DNA from: Candidatus Iainarchaeum sp. | GTDB lineage: Archaea; Iainarchaeota; Iainarchaeia; Iainarchaeales; GCA-2688035 | DNA: 64,000 nucleotides | Assembly: GCA_017610205.1 (NCBI GenBank) | Contig: JAFCCL010000002.1 | Location: forward strand, 32,001-96,000 | Reading direction: 5' to 3' | Shown here: positions 19,251-26,770 of the stretch, one piece after another | Position numbering within the stretch: the first letter of the stretch is position 1 | Layout: each line of letters starts with the position of its first letter | Translations under genes and position numbers: made by a program | Notes under the pieces: generated by a model | Database searches by the model: none | Told to the model about the DNA's origin: nothing | The model's input: only the letters and a program-made list of their open reading frames with translations

Positions 19251-19826
19251 GTGAATGTTATGAAAACCGAGGCAAGACGACAATTTATTCACTTTTTGTT
19301 TGGCTCTTTCTTTATAGCGTTGATTGCAGTATTTGGAATTGAACAAAGCTTTTTTGTTCTGGCAGCATGCTTTGGGGCAGGCATTTTGATTTCGTTTCTT
19401 TTAAAGAACGGAGTAAAAATTCCTTTGCTTTTGCACATTGTTCAAAAGGTTGAACGGGATTATGAAAAGCACCTGCCTGGCAAGGGAGCATTGCTTTTTT
19501 TCCTTGCAGCCATAATCACCATTGTTTTATTTCAGGAAAAAGCAATTGTTTTAGGTGCATTGGGAGTAGCAGTTTTTGGTGACGCTGCAAGCACTGTTTT
19601 TGGGTTAAAGTTTGGAAAGCACAGAATTGCAGGAAAAAAAACACTGGAAGGCACTTTTGGTGGAATTGCAGCAAGCCTTTTTTTCCTATTATTTCTGTTT
19701 CAATGGCCTATTGCACTTGCAGCAGCAGTTATTGGAATGCTCGCAGAGTTACTGCCATTTGACGACAATTTTACCATTCCAATAGCAGCAGGGTTTATAC
19801 TGTCAATTTTGGTTGCATTGCTCTAA
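19251..19826 (+). CDS. Dolichol/phytol kinase family (SEC59-like) membrane protein
   Basis: RQFIH, GDAAS..G..FG, KKTLEGT, DDNFTIP. Confidence 0.88.
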   Translation: MNVMKTEARRQFIHFLFGSFFIALIAVFGIEQSFFVLAACFGAGILISFLLKNGVKIPLLLHIVQKVERDYEKHLPGKGALLFFLAAIITIVLFQEKAIVLGALGVAVFGDAASTVFGLKFGKHRIAGKKTLEGTFGGIAASLFFLLFLFQWPIALAAAVIGMLAELLPFDDNFTIPIAAGFILSILVALL

Positions 19827-20125
19827 AAAGGCTTTCACCGGAAATCCGCTCTCTTATGAAAGAGCTTTAAAAGGAAATTTCGAATTAGATACGATGACTC
19901 TAATTGAGCTACCAAATTATGTCTCCAAATTAAACGAAAAAATATTTATAGTAGGCTTTGACAAAATTCTCTTAGCCGAGCATAGAAAAACAGGAATTAC
20001 TTGTAAAGAAGCTGCTCGAAGATTAGAAACAACTCCAGCAACATATTCTCATTACCTGCACGGTCAAACCATTTGCTCGATAAAAATTTTAAAGAAGTTT
20101 TGTAAGTTGTACAATATAAATCTGT

Positions 20126-20817
20126 TTGATAGGATAGGGGGCTTCGCCCCCTATAACCCCCTTGCGCCTCGCTTCCCCGTCAAGCCCTCACTTGGGTTCG
20201 GGCTTGCCGTACCCCCGCTCGGCGCTTAAAACGCTGATATCAAAACAGTCCTGTCATCTATAACCTGCACATTGTGATGTTCCTGCTGGCTCAAAATATA
20301 ATCGTCTGCTTGTTCCATGTTCTGTATTCCTGTAGACTGATGATGTTCATAACCTGACCAGAAAGAACCACGAGGATATCGTTTCCTGAAACCAGGGTGA
20401 TTCTCAAACATCCTTTTTGCGCTTCTGGACTTCAACATTATCTCAGCAACCATGACACTATAACGCTTCGGAATATTCACCCTAAAATGAGAGTGATTGC
20501 CACCAAAACCAATCTCGCCAAACTCAAAGCCGTGAGCTTCAAACTCTCGAAAAGCAGCAATACAATTATCAATATGAGATTGCTTCCTGAAACACTGAAA
20601 AGCACACTTTGTTTTAAACATAAACGTAACCCAGTTGTTGCGAGTATCAACCTTTTCCTTTTTACAGCTAACGCTACTTAAAACATTCATCATAGTTAAT
20701 CGTCTCCTATCGCGCCATTTAAAGGACACCGCGTAAGCGGTGTCGCGCGCGATAGAAGAAAGAAAAAGATTCAAGGTTAAAAAAATAACGACTGCAGGTC
20801 TTTCAGACCACGCAGTA
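20126..20817 (-). mobile_element. IS200/IS605-family element (TnpA only) with structured ends
   Basis: TnpA flanked by hairpins at 20134-20154, 20181-20206, ~20708-20754 and 20791-20816; minus strand ends TCAA at 20126; exact boundaries uncertain. Confidence 0.7.
20226..20693 (-). CDS. tnpA: Y1 HUH transposase (IS200-like)
   Basis: FKTK, HuH motif NHSHF, LKSRSA, FWSGY, catalytic YILSQ; AGGAG upstream of ATG 20693. Confidence 0.88.
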   Translation of the reverse strand: MMNVLSSVSCKKEKVDTRNNWVTFMFKTKCAFQCFRKQSHIDNCIAAFREFEAHGFEFGEIGFGGNHSHFRVNIPKRYSVMVAEIMLKSRSAKRMFENHPGFRKRYPRGSFWSGYEHHQSTGIQNMEQADDYILSQQEHHNVQVIDDRTVLISAF

Positions 20818-21157
20818 TTTTCTCAAATAAAAATGCGTTAAAATGTTACTTGGCTGGATTGTACGATGCAGATGGCACTATCCCAAAAACTCCAAAAAAA
20901 GCCAAGCAACTCTTCATAGACACCACTTTAAAGGATAAAGGATTCATAGAAGAGATTAAAGCAGCTCTACAAAAGTTTGACATCGAAACTCTCAAAATCT
21001 ATAAACGCTGTTCTACATCATTATCCAAAAATAATCCTTCAATTACATGGGAATTACGATTAAGACGAAAAGGATTCATTTTAAAGTTTTTGCAGGAAAT
21101 AAGTTTTTATCATCCAGATAAAGCAAAACGCGCGAAAGTCGTTAGAAAACTTTTGAT

Positions 21158-21230
21158 GGATCCGTAGCCTAGAGGATAGGGCGACTGCCTCCTAAGCAGT
21201 AGATCGAGGGTTCGATTCCCTCCGGGTCCG
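21158..21230 (+). tRNA. tRNA-Arg(CCT)
   Basis: GGATCCG/CGGGTCC acceptor, ACTGC-CTCCTAA-GCAGT, GAGGG-TTCGATT-CCCTC. Confidence 0.95.
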
Positions 21231-21287
21231 CTTTTATTTTTCTTAAATAGAAAGATTATTAAATAAAAAAAAAACATTTTATAACAA

Positions 21288-21758
21288 ATGGCATTTGCTA
21301 TTCTTTATTCAAATGTATCTCTGGCAGTTGGATTGATTGTTCTGTTAGTTGGATTTGTATTGTCGCTTATCATATCGATTGCATCAATATTTGTATTGGA
21401 ACGAGTGTGTAAAAACCTCAAAAGAAGCACTATTGGAGTTTATGCAATTGTACTTTTAGCAATTCTTTTGTTTTTGACTACGGCACCGTTTGGATTTTAT
21501 TTAGGAGTCTTTCTTTTACCCCCAACTATTGTGAGTTTAAACAAGGCAGTAAAACTTGAAAAAATTCCTTTTTGGTTAAAATCTGGTTTAATTTCATTAG
21601 TACTTTCTTTTCTTAGCATATTAATTCCGCTACTTGGCACAGACTTAAGCAATTGGCAAAATTTTGCATACAGTATTGGACCAAGGTTACTGATAGTAGC
21701 CTATTGGACAATTTTGTTTGCTGTTTTAGGAAAGGTATTTGAAAAAAGAATGAAATAA
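21288..21758 (+). CDS. Hypothetical membrane protein
   Basis: About 5 hydrophobic segments. Confidence 0.65.
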   Translation: MAFAILYSNVSLAVGLIVLLVGFVLSLIISIASIFVLERVCKNLKRSTIGVYAIVLLAILLFLTTAPFGFYLGVFLLPPTIVSLNKAVKLEKIPFWLKSGLISLVLSFLSILIPLLGTDLSNWQNFAYSIGPRLLIVAYWTILFAVLGKVFEKRMK

Positions 21759-21889
21759 TAGTTGGCAGGAAATAGTTGATAAATCTGCTAAAATAAAAAT
21801 ACTCGGCAAAGACCTTAAAAAATCAGAAATTATAGGACAATTGACGAAAGCCTTTTAAGCCTGTTTTGTCTAATTCTTTTTGAAGGTTT

Positions 21890-22603
21890 ATGGTTGAAAA
21901 ACTAAGAAATACTATTGCAGGGGAAATCTGCCTAAGCAAGGATCCTGGCGGCAGCATGAAGAAATGGCGCGAAATTTTTGGAATTTCACAAACAGAACTT
22001 GCCAACAAGCTTCATATTACAAGCAGTACAATTTCAGATTACGAGGGCGGCAGGAGAAAAAGCCCAGGGATTGGAGTTGTGGCAAGATTTGTTGAAACCC
22101 TTATTGAAATTGATTCAGGAAGAGGCGGTAAAGTAGTAAAGCAGCTTGAAAAAGATTTTAAACCAGAAACAGAGGCTTTTGAAGCGCACGAATTCTTTTC
22201 AGCAATGAAAGGCGGCGAATTTATGAAAAAAATAAGCGGAACCTGTGTTGCAAATCCTTCAAAGTTGAAAGAAACACGAATTTATGGTTACAGCCTTATT
22301 GACAGCATGAAAGTAATTTTGGATGTGCCAGTTCACGAATATATGCGAATTTATGGAAAAACTCCTGAAAGGGCCTTGATTTTTAGATTTGTTGGAAACG
22401 GAAGAAGTCCAATGATTGCTGTTAAAATTGGAAGATTTAGCACAGATATGAAGCCGTCAATTGTTGTATTGCACGGCAAAATGGATACAAAAAATGTTGA
22501 CCCAATTGCAAGAAAGATTGCTGAATCAGAAAAGATTCCACTAATTGTAACACAAAAAAGTGTTGAAGAAATAAAAACAGAATTGAAAAAGTTTGAAAGC
22601 TGA
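21890..22603 (+). CDS. Conserved archaeal HTH transcriptional regulator (COG1709-like)
   Basis: IAGEI, KKWREIFGISQTELA, ISDYEGGRRKSPG, GRSPMIAV. Confidence 0.9.
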   Translation: MVEKLRNTIAGEICLSKDPGGSMKKWREIFGISQTELANKLHITSSTISDYEGGRRKSPGIGVVARFVETLIEIDSGRGGKVVKQLEKDFKPETEAFEAHEFFSAMKGGEFMKKISGTCVANPSKLKETRIYGYSLIDSMKVILDVPVHEYMRIYGKTPERALIFRFVGNGRSPMIAVKIGRFSTDMKPSIVVLHGKMDTKNVDPIARKIAESEKIPLIVTQKSVEEIKTELKKFES

Positions 22604-22608
22604 AATTG

Positions 22609-23313
22609 CTATACCCTTACAAGAAAAGTAAACCTGTATTTTTCATTGCCTGATTTGTCAACACCGTTTAGTACGCTTGAACTCTTTGTTTCTGCATTAA
22701 ATTTGGCTTTCATTTGCCTTACTGCATTCTGAGCAGCCTTTTTGCTTCCAACTTTTAAATCAAAACCCTCTCTTTTTTCAGAAACGTCGATTACTGCAGC
22801 AAGGCTGTCTTTTGAATGCATTGCTTCAACAAAATCGATTAGTTTTGGAAGCAATTCCTTGAGTTTTTTTTTATCGCTATCTTTTGACCTTAGTTGAATT
22901 ATTGCTTCATGATACTGACTTGACAGACGCATGCAAGGGTCACATTGAACAAACTCTGGTTCAAGTAAGACTGTTTCTTCAAAGAAAAGGGAAACATCAT
23001 CAATTGTTCCTTTTACCAGAACCTTTGCAGAAAACACCCCTTTAGAGGCCTGTGAAACTTTTACATCCACTGCCTCATTTTCTAAATCTTTTACCTTTAC
23101 TTTTTTTTTAACAATCAAGGAAAGCTTTTCTTCGGTTGGCACAACCATTTTTCCAAAAAGCCTGGTTTTTCCGCATGTTCTGCATTGCTCAAAAGAAATA
23201 GTTTCAGGAATTTCAACAAGCTTGTGCTTTTTTAAAAAGCATTCTTCACAAAGCCCTTTGATAAAATGCCCTTTTTCCTTTCCGCACAAAGGGCAAAAAT
23301 TTTCATCTTTCAT
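22609..23313 (-). CDS. NMD3-family ribosome biogenesis protein
   Basis: Four CxxC pairs, YHEAIIQLR, C-terminal YRFTFLVR. Confidence 0.88.
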   Translation of the reverse strand: MKDENFCPLCGKEKGHFIKGLCEECFLKKHKLVEIPETISFEQCRTCGKTRLFGKMVVPTEEKLSLIVKKKVKVKDLENEAVDVKVSQASKGVFSAKVLVKGTIDDVSLFFEETVLLEPEFVQCDPCMRLSSQYHEAIIQLRSKDSDKKKLKELLPKLIDFVEAMHSKDSLAAVIDVSEKREGFDLKVGSKKAAQNAVRQMKAKFNAETKSSSVLNGVDKSGNEKYRFTFLVRV

Positions 23314-23317
23314 TTAA

Positions 23318-24148
23318 TCATCTCTTAAAAAAGACCTTTTTTTCAAAGTGAAAGTAAAAAACTGCATTCAAAACATACTGGTATGTAACAAAAATTGCTA
23401 TAAGAAACCTTGTTATAATAAGCAGTGAAAAAAATACAAGTGTCAGTACTAAATTTGAAGACGGGTCAGAAAGCAGCACTTGGTTTGAGAAAAAAAAGCT
23501 TAGCCCTGATACAAGAATGGATATTATAATTGCCTTTAATACATCGCTTTTGTGTTTTAGAGAAGTTCTAACCATTTCATTTAATGTTTTTGAAATATTT
23601 AGCTTTTCAATACTGCTTACAGGATAGAGAAGATAGAACAAAAGCAGTATTACAAAGAATGCTATAAGCATCATAAAGGCAAAAATATAAAACATTAAAT
23701 CATTTCCTTTTTGCCAGAAATCCAGAGTAATAAATCCAAGCGGAACAGTTGTGCCAAAAAAAAGAATTGAAAAAATTACAACTGAAGAAAAAATTGTCCC
23801 AAAACGCTTTAGTACTACAAGAAATGACTGTCTAAAATTAACTTTTTTCTTTTTATAAAATTGTTCAATCATTACAGGATACATTGGATTTACCAAAACA
23901 TAGTCAATAAAATAAATTATTGGAGTGTAAACTATGAGAAAAATCAACTGCATTAAAAGCAATCTTAATTCTTCAGGGGTTTTGCTTAAAATTATTTCAG
24001 GAGACACCAGATTAAGGTTGATTAGCAGCATTGTGATAAGAATAATTATTGGAAGCATAAGAAATGAAATTAGTATTTTTGGAATAAAGAGCTTTGGGCA
24101 TTTTTTTAAGAGAATAAAACTGTCAACTAATACTCTTGCAAAGCTCAT
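23318..24148 (-). CDS. Hypothetical polytopic membrane protein
   Basis: About 6 TM segments; in operon. Confidence 0.75.
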   Translation of the reverse strand: MSFARVLVDSFILLKKCPKLFIPKILISFLMLPIIILITMLLINLNLVSPEIILSKTPEELRLLLMQLIFLIVYTPIIYFIDYVLVNPMYPVMIEQFYKKKKVNFRQSFLVVLKRFGTIFSSVVIFSILFFGTTVPLGFITLDFWQKGNDLMFYIFAFMMLIAFFVILLLFYLLYPVSSIEKLNISKTLNEMVRTSLKHKSDVLKAIIISILVSGLSFFFSNQVLLSDPSSNLVLTLVFFSLLIITRFLIAIFVTYQYVLNAVFYFHFEKKVFFKR

Positions 24149-24154
24149 TTTTTA

Positions 24155-25429
24155 TCAATCCAAAACAATTTTTTTACCAAGCTCAGGAACCAATGTTTCA
24201 ATGCCGGTATCTTCTTCAATTTTTTTCTTAAACACCTGTATTACTTCAGGGTCTCCGTGAACCAAAAGAACTTTTTCAGGACCCCAGTGTGAAATCGCTT
24301 TTATCATTTCCTGCTGTGAAGCATGTGCTGAAAAATCAAACTTTTCTACCTTTCCTTTAACTTCATAATTTTTTCCATCTATATCAATCTTCCCTGTTTC
24401 CATAAGCGTTCTTCCTGCTGTCCCCTCAACCTGATATCCTGTAAGAAAAACATTGCTTTTTTCGTCCTTGTAAATGGTTTTTAGATAATTCAATGCAGGC
24501 CCTCCTTGAAGCATTCCTGCAGTTGTAACAATAACACTTGGCTGCTTTAATGCCTTTTTTCTGTCCCCATTATTTCTTATCCAATGGGTTTTTTCCAAAG
24601 CCTTTTTTAAAAACCTTGGATTTTTAAGAAATTTGGGAAACATTGTTGTTGCCCTCGCAACCTTTTGACCCATTCCATCAAGATAAATTGGAGCATTTAT
24701 TTTATATCCATGCAATATATCAATTAATTCCTGGCTTCTTCCAACAGCAAAAGCAGGAACAAGAGCTGTTCCACCATTGTCAAGCGTATCCTGAACCTCT
24801 TCAATAAAAATTTTTTCACATTCCTTTCTTGGAGGATGATTTCTGTCACCATATGTTGATTCAATTGCAAGATAGTCAACATTTCCAACGTCAAGATCAG
24901 CTCCCTTAAAAAGCCTTGTTTCCTCAACTTTGAAGTCACCGGTGTAAAGGAAGTTTTTTTCTCCGATTGAAAGCTTTGGCATTGCAGAACCCAAAATATG
25001 CCCGGCATCAAAAAACTGCATTGAACAATTTTTGGTAATGTGCAAAACCCTTCGGTAATCAACAGGAAAAGTATATTTTGAAGCCTCTTCTATTTCATTT
25101 TTTGAAAAAGAAATGTCTTCTCCTTCAAGACCTGCAATTTTAATGGTATCAAACCACAATATTTTGCTTAGTTCCAAAGTGGGTGCCGACATATAGGAAA
25201 GAATGCTCGAATTTACAAAAAGATCGGGCAATGCACCACTGTGGTCAAGATGCGCATGGCTAATCACAACAGCGTCAAGGTTTGTTTCAACAGGCAAAGG
25301 ATACTCAGAACCTACGGGAGAAAGCTTTATGCCTCTGTCAAGAACAATCTTTTCGCCAAAATCGAGGAGGAAACTGCTTCGCCCTACTTCATTACAGCCA
25401 CCTAATCCGGTAAAAGATATGTTTGCCAT
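24155..25429 (-). CDS. beta-CASP ribonuclease (aCPSF2-like)
   Basis: LGGCNEVGRS, SHAHLDH, AGHILGS, YTGD, ESTYG, FAVGRSQE, FSAHA, VHG. Confidence 0.92.
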   Translation of the reverse strand: MANISFTGLGGCNEVGRSSFLLDFGEKIVLDRGIKLSPVGSEYPLPVETNLDAVVISHAHLDHSGALPDLFVNSSILSYMSAPTLELSKILWFDTIKIAGLEGEDISFSKNEIEEASKYTFPVDYRRVLHITKNCSMQFFDAGHILGSAMPKLSIGEKNFLYTGDFKVEETRLFKGADLDVGNVDYLAIESTYGDRNHPPRKECEKIFIEEVQDTLDNGGTALVPAFAVGRSQELIDILHGYKINAPIYLDGMGQKVARATTMFPKFLKNPRFLKKALEKTHWIRNNGDRKKALKQPSVIVTTAGMLQGGPALNYLKTIYKDEKSNVFLTGYQVEGTAGRTLMETGKIDIDGKNYEVKGKVEKFDFSAHASQQEMIKAISHWGPEKVLLVHGDPEVIQVFKKKIEEDTGIETLVPELGKKIVLD

Positions 25430-25454
25430 CCTAAATCATTCAAAAAAAGAGACG

Positions 25455-25649
25455 TTACTCTTTTACAACAATTGCTTTTTGCGGGCAGCTTGCTTCACAC
25501 GCCCTGCATTGAATGCAGGAATCAGGATCTTTTACAATCGACTTTCCGCCCTCTATTTCAAAAACATCTACAGGGCAAACATCCTTGCATGTTCCGCAAC
25601 CAGTACATTTTTTTTTGTCAACATAAGGTTTTTCAGCCAAATTAACCAC
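25455..25649 (-). CDS. 2[4Fe-4S] ferredoxin
   Basis: Two CxxCxxCxxxCP motifs. Confidence 0.95.
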   Translation of the reverse strand: MVNLAEKPYVDKKKCTGCGTCKDVCPVDVFEIEGGKSIVKDPDSCIQCRACEASCPQKAIVVKE

Positions 25650-25655
25650 CTCGTT

Positions 25656-25874
25656 TTAATCCTTTTTTTCAATTGCTTTGTTCATTTCAGCCAACAATTT
25701 TTCAAGGGTTTCTTCACTCATCCGATGCGCTTTAGCACCCTGTTCAAGGGTTTCATATGCAGCAATATGGCAACCAGCACAATGCAAATCAAATTTTAGC
25801 ATTAGTGGAACTGTTTCAGGAAATTTTGCAACTACATCGCCTAAGGTCATATCCTTTGAAATCTTTTCAGCCAT
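25656..25874 (-). CDS. DUF1858-family protein
   Basis: ISKDMTLGDVVAKFPET, HCAGC, ETLEQGAKAH; start at MAEK. Confidence 0.85.
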   Translation of the reverse strand: MAEKISKDMTLGDVVAKFPETVPLMLKFDLHCAGCHIAAYETLEQGAKAHRMSEETLEKLLAEMNKAIEKKD

Positions 25875-25900
25875 GTTATGAAAAGAATGCAAAAAGTCTT

Positions 25901-26602
25901 TTAAATCCTCCTTACACCAACTTTGTCAAAAAAAGGCTTTAAGGTTTTTGCAAAATTTTCCAGCTCTTCAACAGAAAAAGAACCGGTCCCCTGCAATTTG
26001 GAATCAAGCAAATCAATATTTGAATTGAACTGCTGTAAGAAAAAAAGCTTGCTTCCCTTAAGCCATTGCCCAATTTCCAAAACATCCTGTTCTTGATGGA
26101 TTTTTGGAACAAGCGTGGTTCTAAATTCATAATCAATTCCTGATTTTCTTATTAGAGAAATACTTTCCTCAATTTTTTTCAAATCAACTTTTACTCCTGC
26201 TGCCGTTTCATATTCTTTTTTTGAAGATTTTATATCCATTGAAATGTAATCCAAAAGATTTTTTTTCAAAAGAATTTTTAGCATTTCCGGAACCGTGCCA
26301 TTTGTATCAAGTTTTGACAAAAATCCAAGAGCTTTTGTTTTTTCAAGAAACAAAGGCAGGTCTTTGTGCAGGGTTGGTTCTCCACCAGTAATGCAAACAC
26401 CGTCCAAAAAACCCTTGCGTTCTTTGAAGAAGTCAAAAACTTCAGCTTCAGTTATTTCAACACCTGTGTCTTCGTCAAAAACAAGCTGTTTGTTGTAACA
26501 AAAAGGGCACCTGAAATTACACTTTGGCAAAAAAAGAGTGCAGGCAACTTTGCCTGGAAAATCTATCAAAGTTGTTTTTTGAATTCCTTTGAAAATAATC
26601 AA
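25901..26602 (-). CDS. nrdG: Anaerobic RNR activating radical SAM enzyme
   Basis: IDFPG, CNFRCPFCYN, GVCITGGEPT, LDTNG, YEFRTT. Confidence 0.93.
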   Translation of the reverse strand: MIIFKGIQKTTLIDFPGKVACTLFLPKCNFRCPFCYNKQLVFDEDTGVEITEAEVFDFFKERKGFLDGVCITGGEPTLHKDLPLFLEKTKALGFLSKLDTNGTVPEMLKILLKKNLLDYISMDIKSSKKEYETAAGVKVDLKKIEESISLIRKSGIDYEFRTTLVPKIHQEQDVLEIGQWLKGSKLFFLQQFNSNIDLLDSKLQGTGSFSVEELENFAKTLKPFFDKVGVRRI

Positions 26603-26623
26603 GGTAATACCACCGTAATTTTA

Positions 26624-26770
26624 TTAATCACATTTTTCCAGGGCTTTTTTTGTATCATAGGTTTTTCTTTCAGCAAATTCTTCTTTCTTTCCGTCATTCC
26701 AATTGTTAACAGGGCGAAGATAACCAACAATTCTACTGTAAACTTCACACTGTGCATTACATTTTGACAT
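26624..26770 (-). CDS. Stand-alone class III RNR glycyl-radical domain (48 aa)
   Basis: Below ORF-track cut-off; MSKCNAQCEVYSRIVGYLRPVNNWNDGKKEEFAERKTY...; GGAGGT 8 nt upstream of ATG. Confidence 0.88.
   Translation of the reverse strand: MSKCNAQCEVYSRIVGYLRPVNNWNDGKKEEFAERKTYDTKKALEKCD

Larger units (their letters stand above)
19894..21167 (+). pseudogene. Disrupted HTH-LAGLIDADG endonuclease-like gene
   Basis: N-fragment 19894-~20125 has an XRE-like HTH (TCKEAARRLETTPATYSHY); C-fragment ~20817-21167 has YLAGLYDADG; interrupted by IS200-like element. Confidence 0.7.

Noticed and set aside
20126-20225. TnpB/omega RNA (OMEGA) system
   Set aside because: No TnpB or IscB ORF beside tnpA or elsewhere in the window.
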